A stretch of 64,000 bases of DNA from IMG/VR virus record IMGVR_UViG_3300020037_001957, positions 13,626 to 77,625 of that record; one strand, given 5' to 3'. The position numbers were made by a program, and so were the translations under genes. The notes beneath the pieces are model-generated. The model saw nothing but the letters and a program-made list of their open reading frames with translations, ran no database searches and was not told where the DNA came from. This DNA is from a virus (Duplodnaviria; Caudoviricetes). Below, piece after piece: positions 46,537-54,889 of this stretch. The first letter of the stretch is position 1. Each line of letters begins with the position of its first letter.

Positions 46537-47550
46537 ATGGCTAAGAAAGCAACAACCACAGAAGTAGCAGTGATTAACATTAAAGGACTTGAAGTTCTTG
46601 AATCACTCAAAGCAGAAATAGATACACAAGCTAATAACTGCCTACAAATTAAAGTAATGGACGACTCTACATTGGCTGTTTGTCAACAGAATCTATCCAA
46701 AATCAATCAACTCGTTAAAACCATTGATGCTAAACGTAAGGAACTCAAAGACCCTTACTTCCAAGCAGGTAAACAGATTGATGCAACCGCCAATATGCTT
46801 GTAGAAGCAGCAGAGAAAGCCATAGAACACCTTAAATTAGAAGTGAAAAATTGGGAGCTGAAGAAACAAGAAGAAGCCAAAGCAGCTCAAGCAGCCCTCG
46901 AAGCACAAGCTAAAGAAGCCCAAGAAAAAGCCGATGCTGAAGCTAATCGTATTGCAGCTATTCGCTCAAATATTGAGAAAGCCCGCACAGTGTTACAATC
47001 TATGTACAACCATTGCACAGATGTAGCTAAATGTGATGCAGCTATCACAAACATCGAGAGTGGCTACAAAAAGAGAGAAGAATTTGCCGAATTTGCCGAT
47101 GAAGCTTATAATCTAAAAGATAATTACATCGGACTAATCAAAGCTAAAAAGACTCAACTAGAGGGTGCTGCAAGTATGTCTGAGGAAGAAAAAGCTATCA
47201 TTCAAGCCAAGGAAGAGATTACCCGTCAGAAAGTGGAATTGGATGCTAAAGAATCTCAATTAAAAGCTCAGATGGATGCTTTAGAAGCCGAGAAAGCTCG
47301 TAAGGCAGAGGAAGAAAGATTGAAACTAGAGCAAGAGAAAATTCAAGCGGCGGCTGAGGCTGACAAAACAAGAGGTGTTAGACACATTTGGAAAACAGAA
47401 TTAGTGGACAAGTCTAAACTTATCTCTGATTGGATTGCAGTGGATGAGAAAGCAGTTAAGGAATATCTATCTGCCAATAAGGAAACGATTAAGGATGGTG
47501 AAGTAATCAATGGTATCAAATTCTACAAAGAAATATCAATATCAGCTTAA
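46537..47550 (+). CDS. Coiled-coil phage protein (recombination-region family)
   Basis: 'IDAKRKELKDPY...KQID', long E/K/A coil, C-terminal 'I.GIKFYKE'. Confidence 0.6.
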   Translation: MAKKATTTEVAVINIKGLEVLESLKAEIDTQANNCLQIKVMDDSTLAVCQQNLSKINQLVKTIDAKRKELKDPYFQAGKQIDATANMLVEAAEKAIEHLKLEVKNWELKKQEEAKAAQAALEAQAKEAQEKADAEANRIAAIRSNIEKARTVLQSMYNHCTDVAKCDAAITNIESGYKKREEFAEFADEAYNLKDNYIGLIKAKKTQLEGAASMSEEEKAIIQAKEEITRQKVELDAKESQLKAQMDALEAEKARKAEEERLKLEQEKIQAAAEADKTRGVRHIWKTELVDKSKLISDWIAVDEKAVKEYLSANKETIKDGEVINGIKFYKEISISA

Positions 47551-47825
47551 TGCCAAGACTTAACATACCCCATGAGTTATTAATTCTATACCCCACCTTA
47601 ACTAAGGATGAGATTAGAACTATCATTCAGACAGTATGGAAGTCTAAAAATAACCGCACTCGCCAATCCCACATCTTTAAACTAAAGATTCCCCACATCG
47701 GAGTTATCCGCAGTAGAGGCAATAAAAAGCCAAAACACCGCAAGAAAACAATGACCAAGGATAGAAAAAGAAAAAGAGAAGCACAAAGACAAAAGAATTT
47801 AACAATAGAAAGTTTACTTTTTTGA
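47550..47825 (+). CDS. Basic HU/IHF-like protein
   Basis: 'LTKDEIRTII...LKIPHIGVI' and basic arm. Confidence 0.4.
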   Translation: MPRLNIPHELLILYPTLTKDEIRTIIQTVWKSKNNRTRQSHIFKLKIPHIGVIRSRGNKKPKHRKKTMTKDRKRKREAQRQKNLTIESLLF

Positions 47826-47854
47826 TACAGTTGTATAAAAAAGTAGTACATTTG
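47821..47854 (+). promoter_or_regulatory. Bacteroidota primary-sigma promoter (TTTG...TACATTTG)
   Basis: -7 box at 47847-47854, TTTG 22 bp upstream. Confidence 0.5.
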
Positions 47855-47907
47855 CTAAGTAACACAATCAAATAAATATATAAACCGTCAAAAACCAGTC
47901 AGAAAAC

Positions 47908-48756
47908 ATGAGTCTATCAGGAACATCCTTCGAGAAGAAGCAAAAACCCCTACCGCCACAAGGTCCACAAGTGGCACTGTGCTATTCAATTATTGATTTA
48001 GGCACTCACATGAAATCGTTTCAAGGGCAAGAACCTAAAGCTACACCACTATTACACATCAGTTGGGAGTTTCCAAACTTACCAAAAGTAGTGTTTAATG
48101 AAGGAGAACAACCTAAGCCTTACGGAATCTTCCAAGAGTATTCAACCTCAATGGGTGATAAGGCAAAATTACCAAAATTACTTTCCGCGTGGCGCGGTGT
48201 GCCATGCAAGGACTTAGCTACTGAGCTACCTCAGTTCTTAGGACAACCATGCCTTATTAACGTGGAATACAAGCAAGATAAGCAACGTCCCGACATTACC
48301 TACGCCAACGTAGCAATGAACGGATTAGGCGTAATGAGATTGCCCGCAGGAACACCTGTTAATCCAATCAGTAATCCTAAAGTATTCTTTAACCTTGACC
48401 ACTACTCACACGCTCAATTTGCAGTGTTGCCTAAGTGGATTCAAAAGAAGATTATGAGCAGCTTAGAATGGTCGGGTATTGTGGCTAAATTTGGTCCACC
48501 ACCTGCCGATACTGAAACTCAGTTTAAATCACCTGAGCCGCTTCCTACTAATACAGGATTTGCTAATCAATCAGCTTACCAACAACAAGCGATGAATACA
48601 TTTGGAGCGCCAACAGCCACGGCAGCCCCTACATTTACACCGCCCGTTAATCAATTTCCCACCAATGTATCAATTCCTGCACAACAACAGGCATCATTCG
48701 GAGGAGAACCAATTAAAGGGAATCCATTTGAGACAAACGATGCACCGCCGTTCTAA
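47908..48756 (+). CDS. Putative ssDNA-binding protein
   Basis: OB-like N-terminus ('CYSIIDLGTH', 'LGQPCLINV'), low-complexity linker, acidic '..DAPPF' end. Confidence 0.6.
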   Translation: MSLSGTSFEKKQKPLPPQGPQVALCYSIIDLGTHMKSFQGQEPKATPLLHISWEFPNLPKVVFNEGEQPKPYGIFQEYSTSMGDKAKLPKLLSAWRGVPCKDLATELPQFLGQPCLINVEYKQDKQRPDITYANVAMNGLGVMRLPAGTPVNPISNPKVFFNLDHYSHAQFAVLPKWIQKKIMSSLEWSGIVAKFGPPPADTETQFKSPEPLPTNTGFANQSAYQQQAMNTFGAPTATAAPTFTPPVNQFPTNVSIPAQQQASFGGEPIKGNPFETNDAPPF

Positions 48757-49209
48757 ATGAGAATAGAGGTAAAACATTCAGGAGAAGTCAGGGGAGGCGT
48801 GAAGTATTACGACAACCCTGACCTTTACCGCCAACAGCTACAAGAGTTGGAAGGGAAACGTTTTGTCGAAATCATTAAAGAACAGCACAAGAAGCCAACA
48901 GTGAACCAAAATGGATTTTATCGTGGCGGCATCCTACCAACGTGCCATTCATCTGAGATATTTTCACATTTTGATACAAAGGACGATATTCACACAAATT
49001 ACTTCGCCCCTAAGTTTTTAAGTTATGTAGTGCAAGTACAGATTAAAAATGAGCGATATGAGATTAAGAAAGTCAGAAGCCTCACAGAACTATCAGAAAA
49101 GGAATTTGCGCTGTTTGTGGAGCGAGTGCTAGTCGAATGTGCTGAATTAGGAATAGAAGTGCTTGACCCTTCACAATATTACAATAAATACTATAACATA
49201 CAATTATGA
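48757..49209 (+). CDS. NinB-like recombination protein
   Basis: 'PTVNQNGFY.G...RSLTELS..EF..FVERV....AELGI'. Confidence 0.65.
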   Translation: MRIEVKHSGEVRGGVKYYDNPDLYRQQLQELEGKRFVEIIKEQHKKPTVNQNGFYRGGILPTCHSSEIFSHFDTKDDIHTNYFAPKFLSYVVQVQIKNERYEIKKVRSLTELSEKEFALFVERVLVECAELGIEVLDPSQYYNKYYNIQL

Positions 49210-49484
49210 ACCCTAACGAAGAACCAAAAGTACCTGTAAGAGTGTACACAAGAAAAGTGCAAGGAATGGTGGATGGAGTGGATAAAGACCTAGAAATCAT
49301 CCTTAATGTTTATGACGAGCCCGTTGTAAAGACACCCTCTATGTTTCTATTTAACAAGATAGTGATAATGGATGGTAAAGAAGAATGGGGGCATGGACTA
49401 ACCGCCGAACCTATTTCAGAAGAAATGGCTGAAAATGCTCTTAATCAAATTGCAATCAATATCAATAAATACAAAAACAAATAA
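49206..49484 (+). CDS. Hypothetical protein
   Basis: ATGA coupling. Confidence 0.55.
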   Translation: MNPNEEPKVPVRVYTRKVQGMVDGVDKDLEIILNVYDEPVVKTPSMFLFNKIVIMDGKEEWGHGLTAEPISEEMAENALNQIAININKYKNK

Positions 49485-49486
49485 CC

Positions 49487-49702
49487 ATGAAAGTAAATAA
49501 CACATCGCCGCTTGTTATTGGAGAAGCTCCAAATCAACAACAATTAACACGTAGATTTTTAGGAAACTTATTTCCTGATAATTGTTATGAGAAAAACGAA
49601 TTGAATGCTTACATTAAAGGTCACTCACGATTCGCTTACAAAAAAGACGAACAAGGACATCAAATTTTCTATCCTGTAAGACAAGAATACTTCTACGCAT
49701 GA
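49487..49702 (+). CDS. Hypothetical protein
   Basis: ORF packing. Confidence 0.55.
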   Translation: MKVNNTSPLVIGEAPNQQQLTRRFLGNLFPDNCYEKNELNAYIKGHSRFAYKKDEQGHQIFYPVRQEYFYA

Positions 49703-50025
49703 ACCTATCCGACAATGATTATCTAAGGGAGGCGATTCTGAAAAGACTCACAGAACTTGATTGGAAGGATGCTCAATTACTCAGAGATGCTGAGGAGAGA
49801 AAGCACCCTATCAATAGAAGTAGATTCAGCCGTTGGAAAAATAAGCGTAAAGGCTCTCTAAACGACGATGATTTGATTTGGATAATGGAGAGGCTTGGTA
49901 TTAAATACAACGTCAATTTCGGCTCTCCTGTAATTAAGGGAGGTAAATTATCTTATGAGATTGATAAATTTGATGAGCTTCAAGCGATAAAACGCATTAA
50001 CATATTATTTGGAAAGAATGGCTAA
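49699..50025 (+). CDS. XRE-like HTH protein
   Basis: 'INRSRFSRWKN' recognition-helix-like segment. Confidence 0.45.
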   Translation: MNLSDNDYLREAILKRLTELDWKDAQLLRDAEERKHPINRSRFSRWKNKRKGSLNDDDLIWIMERLGIKYNVNFGSPVIKGGKLSYEIDKFDELQAIKRINILFGKNG

Positions 50026-50620
50026 GAAAGCAGCGTTTACAGAACAGAATCTTTTGGACAAAGGATATTCTTTACAGCCCGATGGTACTTACAGAGTATC
50101 TAGAACATCCCTTGCTTCAGCTAAAATTGATAAGATTGAAAATCTCATAGCCAAAGAGATAATCAAAAAGTCACCCGACTTCACAGCAACGCCTACGACA
50201 AGTTGGTTTATTAAAGGATATAATGTTCCTTCAAAGAAGAACAGCCGCCAAAACTTTGTCCGTAATAGTAAGCAAGTGAGTATTCCTAGTAAACTACACG
50301 CAGCTTATGTTAAAGCCACAGCGATGCAATACGATGTATTTGGAAGGGAATTTCGGGCAGCTGTTGAACACTATAAACTAGGTTACCCACTATATGTTGA
50401 GTTCCACTTCATAAGAGGTTCAAGACATAGCTTTGATTATTGTAACGCAGCCCAAACTTGTGAAGATATAATGAAAGATGAAGTGAGTAGAAACACAGGA
50501 TTAGTGACAAAAAAGGGTTGGATTCCCGATGATTCAGCAGACTACATTATCCCTGTATTTAAGCCTTATGATTATGATAAAAATAATCCGGGCGTTGTAA
50601 TAACTTTACAAATTAAATAA
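50009..50620 (+). CDS. RusA-like Holliday junction resolvase
   Basis: 'VPSKKNS', 'FDYCN...EDIM', 'IPDD', 'PGV.I' motifs. Confidence 0.7.
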   Translation: MERMAKKAAFTEQNLLDKGYSLQPDGTYRVSRTSLASAKIDKIENLIAKEIIKKSPDFTATPTTSWFIKGYNVPSKKNSRQNFVRNSKQVSIPSKLHAAYVKATAMQYDVFGREFRAAVEHYKLGYPLYVEFHFIRGSRHSFDYCNAAQTCEDIMKDEVSRNTGLVTKKGWIPDDSADYIIPVFKPYDYDKNNPGVVITLQIK

Positions 50621-50621
50621 A

Positions 50622-51119
50622 ATGGCTTTCAAACCACACTATGGGCTCTGTGTCCAATGTCATAAAGATGAACAACTTATCGTAATAGCTAAGGGTGTTT
50701 GTCAGATTTGCAATCACAAGAACAAAGAAGCTAAGAAGAAAGCCGCAGGGAAGAAAACAGGAGGGTACAAATACATTAGAGAAGCTACGGGAGAAAAAGA
50801 TACATTTCATGCAGTGCTAGATAACCTACCCGATACTGAAACTGTATGCTTTGTATGTAAGACTAGAATAGCCACCGTTACTGTACATAATTTCGCACAT
50901 ATTTTGAGCAAGAAGAAATACCCGCTTTACAGAAATAATCCAAATAATATAAGGCTCTTATGCCACAGATTTGTGGCGGATGCAGATGGATTCCAAGGGT
51001 GTCATTTTTCTCTAGATATGCGACCACGCAGCGAGATAATTGATAAACCCGAATGGCAGGAATTATTTGAACTTGAAGAACAATTAAAACAAGAATATAA
51101 AAATCTTACAGATTTGTAA
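50622..51119 (+). CDS. NinG/HNH-like zinc-binding nuclease
   Basis: CxxC pairs, 'CFVC...AHIL......R.NP.NI..LC...CH'. Confidence 0.65.
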   Translation: MAFKPHYGLCVQCHKDEQLIVIAKGVCQICNHKNKEAKKKAAGKKTGGYKYIREATGEKDTFHAVLDNLPDTETVCFVCKTRIATVTVHNFAHILSKKKYPLYRNNPNNIRLLCHRFVADADGFQGCHFSLDMRPRSEIIDKPEWQELFELEEQLKQEYKNLTDL

Positions 51120-51156
51120 GGAAATAAAATAATCTAAAAATATCACAAGAATGAAA
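51106..51156. promoter_or_regulatory. Paired box, copy 6 (degenerate)
   Basis: TTACAGATTTGTAAGGAAA at 51106 and TCACAAGAATGAAA at 51143 (37 bp). Confidence 0.5.
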
Positions 51157-51945
51157 GACTTTCTATTCAACCACTATCTATCAGTAAAGAATACATCAAT
51201 GAGACTATTTGGCATTAAGCCTAGTATTCATATTATTAAAGGTAGAATTGAGCAGTTTTCAAATGTGTTTACTTGCGACTTCCCCTTCATTGATAAAGCC
51301 ACTCTTAAAAACACATTTACCCTCAAGCCTGATTGGGGAAACTACCACCCTAAAAATCTTATTCAGTGGTACGACTATTCGGCAGTTGAATGTACTAAAT
51401 TTGGACTTGAACTATCCATTACAAACAATATGCACAAAGATAATGACATTCTCATCGGAGTGGGAGTTGGATATGTAATGAGTAAAGATGATTATGGTTA
51501 CGGACTATTTGAATGGAATGTTATTCTACCAACAGGGAAACAGCTTTGGCCTGCAATATGGCTTACAGATTCTCTCACTTGGCCTCCCGAAATAGATGTA
51601 TTAGAAGCTTATTCCGACGATAAGATGAAATACGGCAGAAGATTAAACACTAATCTATTCTACTCTAAAACACCATCACATCTACAATTAGGGGCGATGC
51701 GTCACGGCAATCTAATTGACAAATCTAAATCACTTAATCTTAAATTACTTTGGTTAGAAGACACAATAGAGATTTACTACAACAACTACCTTGTAAGAAA
51801 GATTACCGACAAGAACGTACTAAAGTATTTCACAGACAGAAAAATGAAAGTGATAATGAACAATGCTATCAGAAAAGAAAGTTTAATTTCTGAGATGGCG
51901 GTTGACCCATTCATTATCCAAGACTTCACTTATTATCAACTATAA
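51151..51945 (+). CDS. Glycoside hydrolase family 16 protein
   Basis: 'WPAIWL...WPPEIDVLE' with ExDxxE catalytic motif. Confidence 0.85.
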   Translation: MKDFLFNHYLSVKNTSMRLFGIKPSIHIIKGRIEQFSNVFTCDFPFIDKATLKNTFTLKPDWGNYHPKNLIQWYDYSAVECTKFGLELSITNNMHKDNDILIGVGVGYVMSKDDYGYGLFEWNVILPTGKQLWPAIWLTDSLTWPPEIDVLEAYSDDKMKYGRRLNTNLFYSKTPSHLQLGAMRHGNLIDKSKSLNLKLLWLEDTIEIYYNNYLVRKITDKNVLKYFTDRKMKVIMNNAIRKESLISEMAVDPFIIQDFTYYQL

Positions 51946-52116
51946 AAACAAATAACATGAAAACAAAAGAATTTAGATTTAGAATTAACCCCCTTTCTTG
52001 GAATTTTATTCCATTCAAAGAAGACAGATTTATACAAACGCATAATTGGAAAGAGTATTATTTTCTATGCTTTCAAGTAACAATAGTTAAAGGACTTTAA
52101 ACAACTAAAAACAAAT

Positions 52117-52662
52117 ATGGAAAACAAAGAAAAAACATCTGCCGAAATCGCAGCAGAAAGAATAGCAAATATGCCGATTCACGAAAACTACAAGCCTGTT
52201 GATGACTTACCAATCCCCCTTCATAAAGGAGTGTTAGTTCAAAAGGCTAGACTATTCAACCCAGTTCTGCCCGCTACAACAGCAGGAGGTATTCTAATAC
52301 CTGAAACAGCAGAAGAGAACAGAAACCCCGATAAGACAGGGATAATCTTCGCCGTTGGTCCTGAATGCTCAAAGATGGTTAAGGTGGGACTTATGTGCCA
52401 ATTCAATCACTTTGTAGATTCTTATTTCTTCCATAAAGGAGAAACGTACTTTAAGATGCATGAGAACGATGTTTATTACATTGTCCCTTCTAATGAAACA
52501 ACAGTACATAATGGAGCTAAGTCATCGGCGGCTATCAGAAGAGAAGGTAAGTTCCAAGAACAAAAACAACAAATCATCCATGAGTCAAAACAAGACGCTA
52601 ATGAGAAAGATAAGCGACTAGACAAAACGAAAGGAAAGATTCGTGTAATGAAAACGAAATAA
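52117..52662 (+). CDS. groES: GroES-like co-chaperonin with N/C extensions
   Basis: 'PLHKGVLV...TAGGILIPE.AEE...GIIFAVGP...VKVG'. Confidence 0.75.
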   Translation: MENKEKTSAEIAAERIANMPIHENYKPVDDLPIPLHKGVLVQKARLFNPVLPATTAGGILIPETAEENRNPDKTGIIFAVGPECSKMVKVGLMCQFNHFVDSYFFHKGETYFKMHENDVYYIVPSNETTVHNGAKSSAAIRREGKFQEQKQQIIHESKQDANEKDKRLDKTKGKIRVMKTK

Positions 52663-52688
52663 ATCTCAAAAACAAAAACCAAGGCAAG

Positions 52689-52719
52689 AAAAAAGCCACT
52701 CATAATCGGGTGGCTTTTT
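52689..52719. terminator. Bidirectional terminator between convergent blocks
   Basis: AAAAAGCCAC-loop-GTGGCTTTTT. Confidence 0.8.
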
Positions 52720-52746
52720 CGTTTATACTATTCTCCTTCCCTATCT

Positions 52747-53244
52747 TTATGCGAATAATAATCTAGTCCATTCAGTAGCGCCCGTTCTTACTATCCATAC
52801 AGTTTGACCTTGAGACACCGCAGTATTACCAATCAATGCACATCCACTTGGAACTAAAGTTACAATATCAGTGCTAGTACTCTTGTTATAAATCAATACC
52901 TTACTTCCGTCATTGGCAGCATTGACAAGAGTACTTGGAGCTACTAACGTCACATTTGTTGGCGCTGTATTGGTTATTTGAATGATGTTATTAATATCTG
53001 TATTAAGAACAGTGATAGATATGGCAGTAGCTCTAAATCCATCATTTAACGTACTCTTAGAGTCTTTTAACTGTCTTAACAGTATATCAGCCTGAGCATT
53101 TGTCATCTTTCCTTGCAGAGTGGCTATATTAGCTTCAGTGAGATTTACATCCGTGATAAGAGTGTTAATCGCAGCCGCCCATGAGTTTAATGTGGTTCTG
53201 ATTATTCCTAATAAGGTTCTATTTGCTATTGTGCTTACTGACAT
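52747..53244 (-). CDS. Putative structural/fibre protein
   Basis: N-terminal coil then T/N-rich beta region. Confidence 0.5.
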   Translation of the reverse strand: MSVSTIANRTLLGIIRTTLNSWAAAINTLITDVNLTEANIATLQGKMTNAQADILLRQLKDSKSTLNDGFRATAISITVLNTDINNIIQITNTAPTNVTLVAPSTLVNAANDGSKVLIYNKSTSTDIVTLVPSGCALIGNTAVSQGQTVWIVRTGATEWTRLLFA

Positions 53245-53266
53245 TGTATTTAATTTTTAATGTTGT

Positions 53267-53656
53267 TTATACTAAAGGAGGTTCGTCATAAAAAGTTTGA
53301 TTATCATCCCACAAAAAATTTAATTCATCCATCCAAATACCTAATTGAAAAATACTTGTAATAGGGTATCTATTGCCGCCTTGAGCAATCTTTAAATTAG
53401 CCATTATATTCTGAGCCTCGGCCAATGTTATTGTCTCGTAATCGGGGGTAATTGTTCCTCCCTCAGCGTCAAAGTTATTATCGTAAAAGTCTTGCAGCAC
53501 TCTTATCCATTGTCCTAAAAGGATGTACTTCCATTCAAGCTCACACACATCTTCTCCTTGTCCTCTTTTAGCTACTATGTTAGTAAGCAAAGTCTGAGAG
53601 AAATTTGAAGCGTTGTATAGGGATATTAATATTTCGTCAGCTACAATCATTAGCAA
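53267..53656 (-). CDS. Hypothetical (probably structural) protein
   Basis: ORF packing. Confidence 0.55.
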   Translation of the reverse strand: MLMIVADEILISLYNASNFSQTLLTNIVAKRGQGEDVCELEWKYILLGQWIRVLQDFYDNNFDAEGGTITPDYETITLAEAQNIMANLKIAQGGNRYPITSIFQLGIWMDELNFLWDDNQTFYDEPPLV

Positions 53657-54330
53657 CCGCAGCCCCCCACTGATGTTTCACATAGTCTGTTTAATTGCTG
53701 CAAAGCACTTAGTCCAACACTTAAATCACCTAAAGCTACTGAAGCTCCAATTTGGTTAATGTAAGCCTGTCCTAATAGCGCCTGTTGGCTTTTTTTAGAA
53801 GCACATTCACAGCTCCAATCTAGTTCTGCAAACTTCTGATTCACACATAACTGAGAAGCACATAAAACAGCCAATGATTCTTCTGTTGAGAAATCAAATG
53901 CTTCAGGTCCAGTAATCTCTCCTTCAATCTGATAAGATACAGTGTAAATATCATCTGTAAATTCAGGTATAGCCACTCCATAATCAGCAAACAAATCAAA
54001 TGGATTATTCGATTCAAAAGGGAATGACAAATTACCCGCAGGAAGCTCCGCTAAAATATCAGCAGGAGTCCCCGAAGCTATTTGCAATGTGGCGGCTGTA
54101 ATTACATGGTTTAAAACAGTAAAGGCATAAGTTATGGTTGTAGGTAATGAATTATATGTCACTACTATTGTAAGGTCAGTAACATCATCGTGCGTTGGAC
54201 CACCCGATACATTGTACCCATCAGTGTTTCCATCAACTCCATATTCACCTGTGACATCTTCTAAGATAATAGAAGTACAGGTAGAGTTTTTAGTAAGAGA
54301 TATTGTAAGGTTTGGTGAACTGACAGCCAT
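53650..54330 (-). CDS. Acidic protein with Cys-rich C-terminus
   Basis: 'LCASQLC...SCEC...CETSVGGCGC'. Confidence 0.6.
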   Translation of the reverse strand: MAVSSPNLTISLTKNSTCTSIILEDVTGEYGVDGNTDGYNVSGGPTHDDVTDLTIVVTYNSLPTTITYAFTVLNHVITAATLQIASGTPADILAELPAGNLSFPFESNNPFDLFADYGVAIPEFTDDIYTVSYQIEGEITGPEAFDFSTEESLAVLCASQLCVNQKFAELDWSCECASKKSQQALLGQAYINQIGASVALGDLSVGLSALQQLNRLCETSVGGCGC

Positions 54331-54366
54331 TTGTTTAAGTTTTAGTAAATATAAGTATTATTCAAA

Positions 54367-54867
54367 TTATTCTCCAAAGATTTTCTCCTCAAGTAATAAC
54401 AAGTCACATTTCTCATCCTCCACACCGTCAAGCAGATTTAACATATCTGAGTACTCAGCCACCGCTTTACGTTGAAATTCATTAAACTGAGCCAAAAAGA
54501 AGAATGTACACGTATCACCTTTCTTAAAGATGTCCATTGTAGTTTCTTCATACATTTCGTAGAGGGAAAATTCGATGGAATATGCTTTCTCAATTACATC
54601 AATTAATCCTTTAAAACCATTGTTTTGAGCGTCCACGGACGGGAGCTTTGGGTGAACATTCCAATCTACAATATAGTTCTCAATGATTTTAGCGTGGGTG
54701 AGTTCGTCGGCTGATTCTTTAGCAAAGTAATCGGCAGCTGTAAAGAATCCTATCCCTCTAAGATAATTAGAAGCATCTCTATAAAAAGCAAATGCTGTAT
54801 ATTCATCATCAAGTCTTTCAAGTAAAGGCTTTACAATCTCTGCGGATAATTTAACTGGTTTTTTCAT
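54367..54867 (-). CDS. Ferritin (non-haem FtnA-like)
   Basis: E..Y, 'ESADELTHA', E, Q ferroxidase ligands align by eye with FtnA. Confidence 0.85.
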   Translation of the reverse strand: MKKPVKLSAEIVKPLLERLDDEYTAFAFYRDASNYLRGIGFFTAADYFAKESADELTHAKIIENYIVDWNVHPKLPSVDAQNNGFKGLIDVIEKAYSIEFSLYEMYEETTMDIFKKGDTCTFFFLAQFNEFQRKAVAEYSDMLNLLDGVEDEKCDLLLLEEKIFGE

Positions 54868-54889
54868 GCTTTAAATATAATAATTTTAA

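Noticed and set aside
13937-51156. 37-bp paired boxes as CRISPR mini-arrays or TIGR arrays
   Set aside because: Only two short units per locus, AT-rich non-guide-like spacers, and no Cas or Nop-domain gene recognised in the window.
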